Counted from the first letter of the stretch, positions 30,027-40,663 are shown. The stretch: DNA of 64,000 nt from Pyrinomonadaceae bacterium (GCA_046313635.1 JBKBYA010000005.1:61483-125482), one strand, 5' to 3'. Program-made: numbers and translations. Notes: generated from the sequence alone by a model not told the origin.

Positions 30027-31316
30027 CTATCGCCGCTCAAAGACCGCGGCAAAAAATCCCTCTGTATCGTCACGCTGCGGCCACGTGCGAACAAATCCGT
30101 CCGCCGTGACAAACCGCTCGTCGGCCCGCGGGCGTGCGAGTTCGAAATCCGGAGCCTCGCTTAAGAATGCGGCGCAGACGTCCTCGTTCTCTTCCCGCTC
30201 GAGCGAGCATGTCGAATAGACGAGCCGGCCGCCGGGCCTTACGACGTCAGATGCCGAGCGCAGGATCGCAAGTTGTTTTGTTTGAAACTCGGCAAACTCG
30301 CCCGAGGAGAGAAAGTACCGGATCTCTGGATTTTGACGGATCGTGCCGGTTCCGGAGCATGGGGCGTCGACGAGGACAGAATCGAACGACGCTCCGGCAA
30401 AAGGGAGCGTTCGCCCCGCGTCATAACGCAGGAAACTTATGCCCTCGACGCCCTGCCGCAGACAGTTCGCGCGCATCGTCCGCACGCGGCCATCGTAAAG
30501 ATCGCCGGCGACGATCGTCGGTCGGCTCTTGGCACTCTCCATTGCGATCAGCGACGTCTTGCTGCCCGGCGCGGCGCAGACGTCGAGAAAGCGCGTTCCC
30601 CGCGCAAGGCCGATCTCTCGCGCGACCATCTGCGACGCTTCGTCCTGAAAGTAGATCACTCCTTGGTCGGCGAGAGACATCAGTTCGCCGGTCGCTCGCT
30701 CGGCGACGAACGCTCCGCTGGTAACGGACGAAGCATTCCACGCCGATGTTTTGATCCCGGCCGCGACACCCCGGGCCGTGAGACGAAAAGCGAGCGGGGC
30801 CGGCCGGTTGTCGACCTCGACGAGACGCCGCGTCTCGTTTATCCCGGACTGCGCGATCCAACGCTCGACGAGCCAGCGCGGATGCGAATTCGTCACCGAA
30901 ACTTCTTCGATCTCATCCGCAAACTCCAGCTGCGTCGTTCCCTGCGAGATCCGTCGCAACACGGCGTTGACGAGTCCCGCGGCCGAAGTCTTGCGTGCGC
31001 GGCGGACGAGCTCGACGCTCTCGCTGATGGCCGAATAAGCGGGCACGCGATCGAGTCGCGTGAGCTGGTAGACGCCGACCCTCAGCGCGACGCGGACGGC
31101 CGGGTCGAGCTTCTTTTGCGAAGTGTGCAGGTCGATAAGGCGGTCGAGAAGGATCTGGTTTCGCAGTACGCCGAGCACAAGTTCGTGGCAAAGGCCGCGG
31201 TCGGCTTTGCCGAGCCGAGCCTCGGCCGCGGGGAGCAGTATCGACGAGAAGGCTCGTTCCGTCTCGACCTTTATCAGCACGTCGAAAGCCGCCGCACGCG
31301 CGGGTGAGATCTTCAT
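30027..31316 (-). CDS. rsmB: 16S rRNA m5C967 methyltransferase
   Basis: NusB-like N-terminus, QDEASQ, DVCAAPGSKT, DAPCSGTG, YSTCS. Confidence 0.95.
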   Translation of the reverse strand: MKISPARAAAFDVLIKVETERAFSSILLPAAEARLGKADRGLCHELVLGVLRNQILLDRLIDLHTSQKKLDPAVRVALRVGVYQLTRLDRVPAYSAISESVELVRRARKTSAAGLVNAVLRRISQGTTQLEFADEIEEVSVTNSHPRWLVERWIAQSGINETRRLVEVDNRPAPLAFRLTARGVAAGIKTSAWNASSVTSGAFVAERATGELMSLADQGVIYFQDEASQMVAREIGLARGTRFLDVCAAPGSKTSLIAMESAKSRPTIVAGDLYDGRVRTMRANCLRQGVEGISFLRYDAGRTLPFAGASFDSVLVDAPCSGTGTIRQNPEIRYFLSSGEFAEFQTKQLAILRSASDVVRPGGRLVYSTCSLEREENEDVCAAFLSEAPDFELARPRADERFVTADGFVRTWPQRDDTEGFFAAVFERR

Positions 31317-31321
31317 AACAC

Positions 31322-32116
31322 TCAGTCGCCCGACTCGAGCGAGAGATCCGGCGAGCTTCCCTTCTCAAGCCGCTCGTTGACCGTGCGGCGATCGTCGAAG
31401 ATAAAGCACTCGCCCTCCCAGAGCGATTCGTCCACCGGCGTCTGCTCGAGATATTTCAGGATGCCTCCCTTGAGCTGGTAAACCTCGTCGAAGCCGCGCG
31501 ACTTTAGGTACGGAGCAAACTTTTCGCAGCGGATGCCGCCCGTGCAGAGCATCGCGACTCGCCTGTGACGCGACGGATCGAGATTCTCCTCGACAAATTC
31601 GGGGAGCTCGCTGAACTTGCGCGTCCGAGGGTTGATCGCCCCGCGGAATGTGCCCGTCCGAAACTCATAATCGTTACGCGTGTCGATGAGAAGCGTCTCC
31701 GGATCGGAGATGATCTCATTCCACTTCGCCGCGTCGACGTGCGTGCCCGCGCCGAGCGAGACGTCGACCGGCTGCTTGAATGTGACGATCTCGGGCTTGA
31801 TCTTGACATCGACGCGGCGGAAGGGGCACGCCTCGTGAAACGACGACTTGTACTCGAGCGGCCGGCCGTCGACATTCAACATCGCCGCCGCCCGCGGCAA
31901 AAATTCGGCGATCGCCGTGGGTGTGCCGCAGACGGTCGAGTTGTAGCCTTCGCCGGCGAGAATGATCGTTCCCTTTATCTCGAGCTCTCGCATCAGCTCT
32001 CGCAAAGCGTCGCGGATCTCGTCGAGCTCCGCCGCGTGCGCCGACATATCGTGAAAGCGATAGAACGTGATGATCTGAAACTTCATTACCAGATATTCGT
32101 GCTGTGCGGCGGACAT
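31322..32116 (-). CDS. trhO: Rhodanese-domain tRNA uridine(34) hydroxylase (TrhO/YceA-like)
   Basis: GTIILAGEG, DTRNDYE, CTGGIRCEK, LKGGILKY, GECFIFD; start 32116 (overlaps fmt stop) or 32086. Confidence 0.88.
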   Translation of the reverse strand: MSAAQHEYLVMKFQIITFYRFHDMSAHAAELDEIRDALRELMRELEIKGTIILAGEGYNSTVCGTPTAIAEFLPRAAAMLNVDGRPLEYKSSFHEACPFRRVDVKIKPEIVTFKQPVDVSLGAGTHVDAAKWNEIISDPETLLIDTRNDYEFRTGTFRGAINPRTRKFSELPEFVEENLDPSRHRRVAMLCTGGIRCEKFAPYLKSRGFDEVYQLKGGILKYLEQTPVDESLWEGECFIFDDRRTVNERLEKGSSPDLSLESGD

Positions 32117-33054
32117 CAGCCGAGCAGCATCCCGGCACGCAGCTTTGCGCCGTTGAGAAAGTCCCGCACCGCCATTCGCCGTTTGCCCTCGGGCTGTATC
32201 TCGTCGACCCGCAAGACGCCGCCCGAGCCGCACGCGATCGAGAGACTGCCGCCCGACGCTTCGATGACGGTTCCCGGCTGCGGCGAATGGTCTTGGATGC
32301 CGGTTTCACACGCCGCGGCCCGCCAGATCGTGTACCTGACGCCGTCGGCAAACGTGTACGACGTCGGAAACGGCTGAAACGCCCGCACGCGGTTGGCGAT
32401 CTCGCGGGCGCTCATCGTCCAGTCGATGCGGCCGTCCTCTTTTTTCATGATCGGCGCGAGTGTCGCGAGCGAGTCGTCCTGCCGCCGCGGAGTGATGCGG
32501 TCGAGATTGTCGAGCGTCTCGATCAGCAGTTCGGCTCCGACGATCGCAAGACGGTCCATCAGCTCGACCGCCGTCTCGTCCGCGCCGATCGGCGTCGCGC
32601 GCTGGAGCAGAATGTCGCCGGTATCGAGCCCCGCGTCCATCTTCATCGTGGTCACGCCGGTCTCGGCCTCGCCGTTCGCGATCGCCCAGTTGACCGGCGC
32701 CGCGCCGCGATACTTTGGCAAAAGCGAAAAGTGCACGTTGATCGCGCCTGCCGGAAAAGCGTTGAGCCAGCGTTCCGGCAGAATGCGTCCGTAAGCAACG
32801 ACGACCGCAGCGTCCGCGTCGAGCGATCTAAACTCCTCAAACGCCTCGTCCGTTTTGATCTTCAAAGGCTGCCTTATCTCGCTCAGCCCATGCTCGATCG
32901 CAAACTCCTTCACCGCCGAAGCCGCGAGCTTGTTGCCGCGTCCCGCAGGCCTGTCCGGCTGCGTGTAAACGGCGACGACCTCGTGCCCCGCATCAAGCAC
33001 ACGCCCCAAACTCGCAACGGCCGCCCGCGGCGTCCCCATAAAAACGATCTTCAT
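32116..33054 (-). CDS. fmt: Methionyl-tRNA formyltransferase
   Basis: FMGTP, TQPDRPAGRG, NVHFSLLPKYRGAAP, GLDTGD. Confidence 0.97.
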   Translation of the reverse strand: MKIVFMGTPRAAVASLGRVLDAGHEVVAVYTQPDRPAGRGNKLAASAVKEFAIEHGLSEIRQPLKIKTDEAFEEFRSLDADAAVVVAYGRILPERWLNAFPAGAINVHFSLLPKYRGAAPVNWAIANGEAETGVTTMKMDAGLDTGDILLQRATPIGADETAVELMDRLAIVGAELLIETLDNLDRITPRRQDDSLATLAPIMKKEDGRIDWTMSAREIANRVRAFQPFPTSYTFADGVRYTIWRAAACETGIQDHSPQPGTVIEASGGSLSIACGSGGVLRVDEIQPEGKRRMAVRDFLNGAKLRAGMLLG

Positions 33055-33230
33055 CAGGAAAAAAGAAGTGCCGGTTCCAGTCAGAACTTAGCACTTCGAG
33101 TATGCAATCCGAAAACGCTCGGCTTCGGTCTAGAGCTGGCGAAGCGGACGCCGGAACATTAGCCGCACGTGAAGCGAAGAGGAACTTGGCGAAAGCTGTC
33201 GACCACTCAAACAACGTCGGTTGGAAAAGG

Positions 33231-33959
33231 CTATTTGATAACGACCGATCCCGACGCGGTGCTGGGACAAATATGAAAACAGACGTCGTGCCACTTCACG
33301 CTGACCACGGCGGTCAAGGCGGCGGCTCTCGGATTCGGGCGAACGGTTATCTTTGAAGTCCTCTGGCCGGCGATGATCGTGCCGCCATCGACTTTCCAGA
33401 GGAACTCCGCGTCGGCCGGAAGGGGCTCAAGCAGCGCGGTGAATTCGACGGTTTCGTAAGGTTCGACGGCAGGGCGTTTTGTCATTACTTCGAGACACGG
33501 GCAAAAGCAGTCGCCGGTGCAGGTCGATTGGCACACGTAAATGACCGCGGGCTCGATCTCGATCAGTCTGGTTTTTGGACTGCCTGCCGCCGAGGCTGTG
33601 ATCGTATAGGTACCGGGAGCGACGTCACGGAGGTCCCATTTCACGGCCGAACCGTCAACCACGACCTTACCGCCGCTGACCGAAAAGCGCAGTTTCTTTA
33701 GGTCGGCGCTTCGCAAACCGCGCGCCGACACCCCAATGGAGAGAACTCTGTCAAGCGGCTCCGGGTCAGGCGACAGATAGCCACGAGGACACGGAATGGA
33801 GACCTTCTCCTTGTCCAGGACCAGAGCGGGCCGCTGCGAAGCTGACGAAATGTTCGCGGCCGCCGCCCGGCGCTCGGCACGCCGCGACCGGTCGTGAACT
33901 TGAGCGGCTAGGCTCATTGCAGAGATCAATATTAGGAGCAATAAGCGGCTGATTCTCAT
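33231..33959 (-). CDS. Secreted Cys-rich protein with two Ig/PKD-like segments
   Basis: Signal peptide; similar segments FSVSGGKVV and WKVDGGTII; CQSTCTGDCFCPC linker. Confidence 0.65.
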   Translation of the reverse strand: MRISRLLLLILISAMSLAAQVHDRSRRAERRAAAANISSASQRPALVLDKEKVSIPCPRGYLSPDPEPLDRVLSIGVSARGLRSADLKKLRFSVSGGKVVVDGSAVKWDLRDVAPGTYTITASAAGSPKTRLIEIEPAVIYVCQSTCTGDCFCPCLEVMTKRPAVEPYETVEFTALLEPLPADAEFLWKVDGGTIIAGQRTSKITVRPNPRAAALTAVVSVKWHDVCFHICPSTASGSVVIK

Positions 33960-34008
33960 GCTTCGGAAGTTGCCCGACTGTCGAACAGCCTAGCCGGGTG
34001 CGCGAGAT

Positions 34009-34479
34009 CTACTTCTTCCCCTTCTTCGCCGGCTTAAAGCTCTCGTAGACATCGATCCACTGCTGCGGTGTCATTTTGGAGGCGAGTTCGGCGATGAGGG
34101 CGACGGGGACGTCCTCCGCGCGTTTGAAGCGGATGCAGGATTTGCCCATATCGAGCTTTTTGGCGGAGTGCTTCGGCCACTCGTTGCGGAACCATTCCAT
34201 CAGCTTCTCCGACGAATAAAGTCCCATGTGGTAAACCGCGATGTGATTCTTCTGCGAAGCGATCCCCATGAACGGCACCGGCTGCCGCGGGTCGCAGTGA
34301 TACCCGTCCGGATACAGCGAGTGCGGCACGACCCAACCGGCCATCCCGTAACCCATCGCTTCCTCAAAGCCCTTCGGAATGCGCTTGTTGATCGCATCGC
34401 GAAGTTCGGTCATCACCGCACGGCGCTCGTCGGGAAGTGCCGCCAAATATTCATCTACGGTCGCAGCATTTGATTGCAT
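34009..34479 (-). CDS. DUF1801 (YdhG-like) protein
   Basis: TVDEYLAALP, ASQKNHIAVY, DMGKSCIRFK. Confidence 0.88.
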   Translation of the reverse strand: MQSNAATVDEYLAALPDERRAVMTELRDAINKRIPKGFEEAMGYGMAGWVVPHSLYPDGYHCDPRQPVPFMGIASQKNHIAVYHMGLYSSEKLMEWFRNEWPKHSAKKLDMGKSCIRFKRAEDVPVALIAELASKMTPQQWIDVYESFKPAKKGKK

Positions 34480-34553
34480 GATCGCATCTTTCCTCGCGGG
34501 GATTGTAACTCAGATCGAAAGATCGGCGGCACACCGCGTAGTGGGATGGCGCA

Positions 34554-34760
34554 AGCGCGCGAAGCACGCGGAATATCGTTAGCCCACACCGCGGGGCGTG
34601 GGAATCAGGATCGACCGCATATCGAGCCGTCGGAGACGGCGGCATGATCCGCGAGGAGTCATGCCGCATGCTACACACGCTCGGCGCTACAGCGAACAAA
34701 GCCCCGGGTTTTTGCTGAGCTTTACCCGGGGCTGACGAAATACCGCGTGACAAGCACGGT
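34554..34760. repeat. Degenerate ~200-bp palindromic REPIN/MITE-like element
   Basis: Outer arms 34565-34585 and 34729-34749 (18/21 inverted), inner arms GCGGCATGA/TCATGCCGC, internal short hairpins. Confidence 0.6.
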
Positions 34761-34774
34761 GATCTGGCGACCGA

Positions 34775-36343
34775 CTAGATCTTCTGCGAGATCGACTTCG
34801 CCTGCATGAACTGCAGCAGGTACTCGCGTCCGCCGGCCTTGGAGTCGGTGCCGCTCATATTGAATCCGCCAAACGGGTGCACGCCGACCAGCGCGCCGGT
34901 GCACTTGCGGTTGAGATAGAGGTTGCCGACGTGAAATTCGCGCTTGGCACGCTCGAGCCTTGCCTGCGTCGTCGAATAGACCGCTCCGGTTAGGCCAAAC
35001 TCGGTATCGTTCGCGATCTCGAGCGCGTGGTCGTAGTCGCGCGCCTTTATGACGGCGAGTACGGGAGCAAAGATCTCTTCCTGCTCGATCGTGTCGCCGG
35101 GCTTGACGTTGGCGATGATGGTCGGCTCGATAAAGTAGCCCTCGCTGTCGTCGCCCTTGCCGCCGGTGACGAGCGTTCCGCCTTCGTCGAGGCCTTTTTG
35201 AATGTAGCCGAGCGTCCTGTCAAAGGCCCGCTTGTTGATGACGGCCGCGACATTGGTATCGCCCTCGGTCGGCTGGCCGATCTTGAGCTTTTCGGTCAGC
35301 GACTTAACTTTTTCAAGCAGCTCGTCGTGGACCTTTTCGTCGACGATCAGACGCGAGCAGGCCGAGCACTTCTGCCCCTGGAATCCGAAAGCCGCCTGCA
35401 CGACGCCTAACGCCGCCGAGTCGAGATCGGCGTCGTCGCAGACGATTATCGCGTCCTTGCCGCCCATCTCGGCGACGACGCGCTTGATCCAGATCTGGCC
35501 GTCGCGAGTCTTCGCCGCCTGCTCGTTGATGTGCAGTCCGACCTGTTTCGAACCGGTGAACGAAACGAAACGCGTCTTCGGATGCGTGACCATCGCTTCG
35601 CCGGTCGCCGCGCTGCCGGTTAGGAAGTTGACGACGCCGGCGGGCAGGCCGACCTCTTCGAGGATCTCGACAAACTTCGCCGCGATCACCGGCGAGTCAG
35701 ACGACGGCTTGAGCACGACCGTGTTGCCCGCAACGACCGCGGCCATCGTCATCCCGGACATGATCGCGAGCGGAAAGTTCCAGGGCGGAATGATCGCCCC
35801 GACGCCGAGCGGGATGTACTCGAGCGAGTTGTCCTCGCCGGCGATCGGCGTGACGGGCTGCTTCTCTGCCCATCGGAGCATCTCGCGGCCGTAAAACTCC
35901 ATAAAGTCGATCGCCTCGGCCGTGTCGCCGTCGGCCTCGGCCCAGGTTTTAGCGACCTCGACGACCATCCACGCCGACAGTTCGTGCTTGCGGCGGCGCA
36001 TCACCTCGGCCGTCTTAAAGAGGTACTCGGCACGTTCGGCGGCCGGCACGCGGCTCCAGGTCTTGAATGCCGTCCAGGCCGACTGGATCGCGCGCTCGAC
36101 CAGCGACGTGTCGTCGTCGACCTCAGAAAACACGCCTACCACCTCGGCCTTTTTCGCCGGGTTATAGCTCTGGAATTTACTGTCGAGCGAGATCTTTTCG
36201 CCGCCGATGACGACCGGATACTCGCGGCCGAGCTCGCCGCGGACCTTTTCGATCGCGGCGAGCATCGCCTGCTCGTTCTCGGGCTTGGAGAAATCGGTAA
36301 AAGGCTCGTTGCGAAATTCGTCCAGTACTCGTTGTGCTTGCAT
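34775..36343 (-). CDS. pruA: L-glutamate gamma-semialdehyde (P5C) dehydrogenase
   Basis: FRNEP, AEAIDF, PWNFP, FTGS, EMGGK, FQGQKCSACSR, EEIF, PFGGFNMSGTDSKAGG. Confidence 0.93.
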   Translation of the reverse strand: MQAQRVLDEFRNEPFTDFSKPENEQAMLAAIEKVRGELGREYPVVIGGEKISLDSKFQSYNPAKKAEVVGVFSEVDDDTSLVERAIQSAWTAFKTWSRVPAAERAEYLFKTAEVMRRRKHELSAWMVVEVAKTWAEADGDTAEAIDFMEFYGREMLRWAEKQPVTPIAGEDNSLEYIPLGVGAIIPPWNFPLAIMSGMTMAAVVAGNTVVLKPSSDSPVIAAKFVEILEEVGLPAGVVNFLTGSAATGEAMVTHPKTRFVSFTGSKQVGLHINEQAAKTRDGQIWIKRVVAEMGGKDAIIVCDDADLDSAALGVVQAAFGFQGQKCSACSRLIVDEKVHDELLEKVKSLTEKLKIGQPTEGDTNVAAVINKRAFDRTLGYIQKGLDEGGTLVTGGKGDDSEGYFIEPTIIANVKPGDTIEQEEIFAPVLAVIKARDYDHALEIANDTEFGLTGAVYSTTQARLERAKREFHVGNLYLNRKCTGALVGVHPFGGFNMSGTDSKAGGREYLLQFMQAKSISQKI

Positions 36344-36357
36344 ATTGGTTTTGTTGA

Positions 36358-36582
36358 TCAGAGATATCGCTGCCGGTCGATCTCGTTAAGCTCCCACGCG
36401 TCGAGCAGCTCGGGAATGACCGGCTCTCCTTCGGACTGCCATGCCACGACGAAGCGCGGCCTCTGCGTGTCGTTTGAATGCTCGACGTAGCTGAGGATCA
36501 GCTTCCAGCCCTTGGCGAGAAAGAGATTCAGCTCGCGGATCGAGCGGAGTTCGCGTACGTGTCTTGTGTCTTCGATCGGCAT
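36358..36582 (-). CDS. Small hypothetical protein (74 aa)
   Basis: Fills the gap between def and pruA on the same strand; NLFLAKGWKLI. Confidence 0.65.
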   Translation of the reverse strand: MPIEDTRHVRELRSIRELNLFLAKGWKLILSYVEHSNDTQRPRFVVAWQSEGEPVIPELLDAWELNEIDRQRYL

Positions 36583-36583
36583 G

Positions 36584-37105
36584 TCAGACCCACTCACCGG
36601 TCTTTTGCAGCTTTTTGATCCTGCGCCGGGCGAGCTCGCGTTTGAGCGACGTCATCCGGTCGAGAAAGACGATCCCGTCGCAGTGATCGGTCTCGTGGAG
36701 CACGCACCGCGCGGCGAGCTCGGTCAGGTCCTCTTCAAACGTATCGCCATTCAGGTCCTGGGCGCGGGCGATCACACGCATCTCGCGCTTGACGGTCTGG
36801 AAGACGCCCGGAAACGAAAGGCAGCCTTCTTCGCCCACCTGCTGCCCCTCGATGTGCACGATCTCGGGATTGATAAAAACCTTTTTCTGCGATCCGCCGT
36901 CCTCGTCCGGCACGTCCATCACGAAGAGCCGCTTGGAGACGCCGACCTGCGGCGCGGCGAGACCGACGCCGCGGGCGTCGTACATCGTCTCGAACATATT
37001 GTCGACGAGCGATGCGAGAGCCGGCCCAAATTCGTCGTCGCCGACAGGCCGACCGACCCTCAGGAGCACAGGGTCCGGATAGTGAACGATAGTCAAAAGG
37101 GGCAC
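36584..37105 (-). CDS. def: Peptide deformylase
   Basis: GVGLAAPQ, EGCLS, HETDH. Confidence 0.97.
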   Translation of the reverse strand: MPLLTIVHYPDPVLLRVGRPVGDDEFGPALASLVDNMFETMYDARGVGLAAPQVGVSKRLFVMDVPDEDGGSQKKVFINPEIVHIEGQQVGEEGCLSFPGVFQTVKREMRVIARAQDLNGDTFEEDLTELAARCVLHETDHCDGIVFLDRMTSLKRELARRRIKKLQKTGEWV

Positions 37106-37157
37106 CGGATTATTGTATCGGCCGCCCCTTTTTTCCGCAAAACGCTAAAGTTTGTCG

Positions 37158-37637
37158 TCAGTCCTCGATAAAGACCTCGGTCACGTAGATCGCCCCGGAT
37201 CGCGAGCGTGCGACGCCGATGCCGGTAGCGGTCCAGCGGCGATCTAGCATGTTCTCGCGATGCGAAGGCGACGCGAGCCAGCCGCGAACGGCAAGCGAGG
37301 TAAACCGCGGCGACGCGCTGCAGAAAAAGAGGTTTTCGCCGATGCGACGCCAGCCGTTCACACGCCCGGCGCGTGCCCGATCGACGACCGAGCCGCCAGA
37401 CGGGTCGTAGTGATCGAAGAATCCGCCCTCGGCCATCGAGCGCGAGTAGCGGCGCGCCATCTCGTTCAGGCGAGCGTCCCACTCGAGCGGCGGCAGGCTG
37501 CGCCGTGCACGCTCTTGATTTACAAGGTCGAATATCCGCAGTTCGTCATCCGACGCGGCCGCCGGGGCCGACACTGCGACCGCGAGTAACGAGAGACAGA
37601 CCACTGCCGAAGCAAAGGCGGATCGAAGGCTTTTCAT
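37158..37637 (-). CDS. CAP (SCP) domain secreted protein
   Basis: VNQERA, FFDH, IGENL, WLASPSHRENML, GIGV. Confidence 0.92.
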   Translation of the reverse strand: MKSLRSAFASAVVCLSLLAVAVSAPAAASDDELRIFDLVNQERARRSLPPLEWDARLNEMARRYSRSMAEGGFFDHYDPSGGSVVDRARAGRVNGWRRIGENLFFCSASPRFTSLAVRGWLASPSHRENMLDRRWTATGIGVARSRSGAIYVTEVFIED

Positions 37638-37712
37638 TGTCTAACTCGGTGTGTGGTGATCAGGGGAGAGAGCGGCAAAAGTTTACCCTCGCCGACGAGA
37701 GATCGCAAGCTG

Positions 37713-38183
37713 CTACTGCTGCGGCGGGAGTTTCGCTTTTTCGGCCCTGGTCCATTCGCAGATGCGTTCGGACTCGCCCGGTTTGAGACCGGCGTCGCGG
37801 TGTACCCAGAGATACGACGGCAGGGGCATCTCGCCTTTTTGGACCTGCTCGCAGATCTCGTCGAGCTTGCGCGCCTTTCGCTTGTCGGCGTAAGTCGCCC
37901 AGACGCTGAAATTCAACTCGCGGCGGCCCTCTTTGACGTGGTTGTCGAGCCACCAGTTGACGGGCGCCACCTGCGAGTACCACGGGTAATACGTGTTGTT
38001 GGTATGGCAGTCGGCGCACGAGCGAGCAAAGATCGCCGCGACATCATCGGGGACCTCTGTCGAAGCCTCGAGCGTCTCGGCCGGTATCGTCGCGGGTGCC
38101 GTCTGATCGGGCCGCACGAACTGTGCGAGTACAAACGCGGCGACCAACACGATGATCGCGATCTTTAGGATCTTTCTCCTCAT
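37713..38183 (-). CDS. Heme-binding domain (cytochrome c-like) protein
   Basis: CADCH, YPWYS, GRRELNFS, MPLPSY. Confidence 0.9.
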   Translation of the reverse strand: MRRKILKIAIIVLVAAFVLAQFVRPDQTAPATIPAETLEASTEVPDDVAAIFARSCADCHTNNTYYPWYSQVAPVNWWLDNHVKEGRRELNFSVWATYADKRKARKLDEICEQVQKGEMPLPSYLWVHRDAGLKPGESERICEWTRAEKAKLPPQQ

Positions 38184-38235
38184 CCGAGGCTCGTTTACTC
38201 TTTGCCTGCAAAGCGTCCGGGATTAAAATCGTGTC

Positions 38236-39060
38236 GTGCCATTCGTCATCAGCCCGACAGTCATCGCGATCCCGCTGTTTTCGATAATGATCGCCGCCGA
38301 GGCGTTGCTCGCGGCGCGGCGTGAACCGGAATTCTACGAGAAAAAAGATGCGTGGACAAATATCGTGCTCGGCCTGGGCAGCGTCGTTTTTAACGGTCTA
38401 TTCGGGCTCGCGATCGGCGTGATCTACGTCTCGCTCTACGAGCTCGCGCCGTACAAATTCCCTGTTGACGCATGGTGGAGCTGGGCGGTGCTCTTCGTGC
38501 TCGACGACTTTGCGTATTACTGGTTTCACCGCGTGAGCCACGAGTCGCGTCTGTTTTGGAACTTTCACGTCGTCCATCACTCGAGCCAGTACTACAACCT
38601 CAGTGTCGCCGTCCGGCAGAGCTGGTTCAGCGGTCTGGTCCATTGGCTCTTTTACGCGCCGTTGATGCTGCTCGGGTTTGCACCGTGGATGTTTCTGACA
38701 ATTCATGGATTCAATTTGATCTATCAGTTCTGGATCCACACGCGCTTCGTCAAGCGTCTCGGCCCGCTCGAATATATTCTCAATACGCCGTCGCATCACC
38801 GCGTGCATCACGGCCTCGACGAACAGTATCTCGACCGCAACTATGCGGGCGTGCTGATCGTCTGGGACCGCCTCTTCGGCAGCTTTACAGAGGAGACCGC
38901 GCCGCCGCGCTACGGCATTATCAAGCCGCTCCGCAGCTATAACCCGCTTTGGATAAACACGCACGCATGGGTCGAGATGTGTGACGAGCTGAGGCAGCGC
39001 CGCGGGCTGAGAAGCCGGCTGCGATGCATCTTTGGCTCGCCGTACATGGACCGCCTGTAG
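38236..39060 (+). CDS. Sterol desaturase / fatty acid hydroxylase family protein
   Basis: His boxes YWFHR..H, HVVHH, FWIH, HHRVHH. Confidence 0.92.
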   Translation: MPFVISPTVIAIPLFSIMIAAEALLAARREPEFYEKKDAWTNIVLGLGSVVFNGLFGLAIGVIYVSLYELAPYKFPVDAWWSWAVLFVLDDFAYYWFHRVSHESRLFWNFHVVHHSSQYYNLSVAVRQSWFSGLVHWLFYAPLMLLGFAPWMFLTIHGFNLIYQFWIHTRFVKRLGPLEYILNTPSHHRVHHGLDEQYLDRNYAGVLIVWDRLFGSFTEETAPPRYGIIKPLRSYNPLWINTHAWVEMCDELRQRRGLRSRLRCIFGSPYMDRL

Positions 39061-39072
39061 GGCCGCCTATCA

Positions 39073-39792
39073 ATGAAACTCCGTCGCTCAATATTATTTC
39101 TGTTCGCTCTGGCGGCCGGGCTGCTGTGTAGCGGAGATCTTTGGGCCCAGAACGTCACGGTTCGTCCTAAGGTCACGGTCTACCATCGCAAGCTCCCGAT
39201 CGCCGACTTCAAGCGAACATTCACGATACGCCGCCCGATCGTGACCGCCCGATCGCCGCAGCTTTCAAAGCTGATCACCGCCGCCGTCGATCCTGTATCG
39301 ATTCTCGAGATCGATATCAAAGACGAGATCAACCAGACACAGTGGCTGACCGCGGCCGATTACCGCATCGTGCTCAACAGCCGCGGCGTCCTCTCGGTCG
39401 AAGTTTGGATGGAGGGCGTCGGCGCATACCCCGACGGGGTCACCAGATGGGTCGTCGTCGATACCGCGAACGGACTGAGCGTCGCCGCGCGGGACGTGTT
39501 TACCGATCTCGAAAAGCTCGCCGCGCGCATCAAGCGGATGCAGACTGCCGAGGTCCAAAAGGTAAAGGCCGCCGAACCCGATTCGGCCGACTTGCTGTCC
39601 GGCGCCGATTTCACGGTAGCCGACCTCGATAAATTCTCCGTCGACGCCCGCGGGGTCGTCTTTCATTACGAATACGGATTTCCGCACGTCGCCAAAGCGC
39701 TCGAGCCGGCGGGCGAATTCCGGCTGAGCTGGCGGCAGGTCAAACCCTTTGTCAAACGCGGCGGTTTGCTCGAGAGATTTGTCCGCCGTTAA
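39073..39792 (+). CDS. Secreted hypothetical protein (DUF3298/RsiV-like possible)
   Basis: Signal peptide; GAYPD and FHYEYGFPH segments. Confidence 0.6.
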   Translation: MKLRRSILFLFALAAGLLCSGDLWAQNVTVRPKVTVYHRKLPIADFKRTFTIRRPIVTARSPQLSKLITAAVDPVSILEIDIKDEINQTQWLTAADYRIVLNSRGVLSVEVWMEGVGAYPDGVTRWVVVDTANGLSVAARDVFTDLEKLAARIKRMQTAEVQKVKAAEPDSADLLSGADFTVADLDKFSVDARGVVFHYEYGFPHVAKALEPAGEFRLSWRQVKPFVKRGGLLERFVRR

Positions 39793-39808
39793 TATTGATC
39801 GAGCGATT

Positions 39809-40216
39809 ATGAGTAATCGGAAGATAAGGGTACTCGTGGCAAAGCCCGGACTCGACGGACACGACCGCGGTGCGAAGGTGATCGCGAGGGCGCTGCGCGA
39901 TGCCGGAATGGAAGTCATCTATACAGGTCTCAGACAGACGCCCGAGATGATAGCGGCCGCCGCACTGCAGGAGGACGTCGACGCGGTCGGCATCTCGATC
40001 CTCAGCGGCGCTCACAATACGCTCTGCCCGCGGATAGTCGACCTTCTCAAGCAGAATGGAATGGACGACACGCTCGTCCTGGTGGGCGGCATCGTGCCGC
40101 AGGAGGACATCGAGAAACTTAAGTCGGCCGGTGTCTCGGAAGTTTTTCTTCCGGGAACCTCGACGGATGATATCGTAAGGTATATCGAGGCGAACGTTCG
40201 CACCGCCGACGTCTGA
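39809..40216 (+). CDS. Cobalamin-binding subunit of a methylmalonyl-CoA-mutase-family enzyme
   Basis: [32 protein letters not shown]. Confidence 0.95.
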   Translation: MSNRKIRVLVAKPGLDGHDRGAKVIARALRDAGMEVIYTGLRQTPEMIAAAALQEDVDAVGISILSGAHNTLCPRIVDLLKQNGMDDTLVLVGGIVPQEDIEKLKSAGVSEVFLPGTSTDDIVRYIEANVRTADV

Positions 40217-40305
40217 GGCAGCGAGTCTTGCGACGCGGCGGACCGTTTCGGCAGCCGTATCAGACGGCACCGGTATTTTTTGGATCAAGCATGGGAGGAA
40301 TTTGC

Positions 40306-40611
40306 ATGAAGAAGTTGTTCACACTCGTTCTCGCCGCAGTGATGATGCTGTCGGTCGTATTCATCGGCGCGTCCGCATCGAACGGCGGTCCATTCGTCGC
40401 CGCCGCGCAAACCGGTCAGGTGACCGTGAAAAAGCGTAAAAAAGGAGCCGTCCGCCGCGGCTATGCCGGCGGCAAATGGGTCGTGCGAAAAACCTGGGAC
40501 GGCACCAAATGGGTCTCGAAACGCGTCTGGGTCGGCACCAAGTACGTCGGCAAAAAGAGCTGGAAGACCGGCCGAAAGGTCGTCAGCCGTACAAAGAAGG
40601 TCGTCTATTGA
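40306..40611 (+). CDS. Small secreted Lys/Trp-rich protein
   Basis: RBS GGAGG, signal peptide, TWDGTKWVSK motif. Confidence 0.8.
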   Translation: MKKLFTLVLAAVMMLSVVFIGASASNGGPFVAAAQTGQVTVKKRKKGAVRRGYAGGKWVVRKTWDGTKWVSKRVWVGTKYVGKKSWKTGRKVVSRTKKVVY

Positions 40612-40632
40612 TCGGTAAGACATCTATTCGGC

Positions 40633-40663
40633 AAAAGGCATCTTCTCGGAGATGCCTTTTTTT
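40633..40663 (+). terminator. Intrinsic terminator
   Basis: AAAGGCATCT/AGATGCCTTT hairpin plus T-run. Confidence 0.75.
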
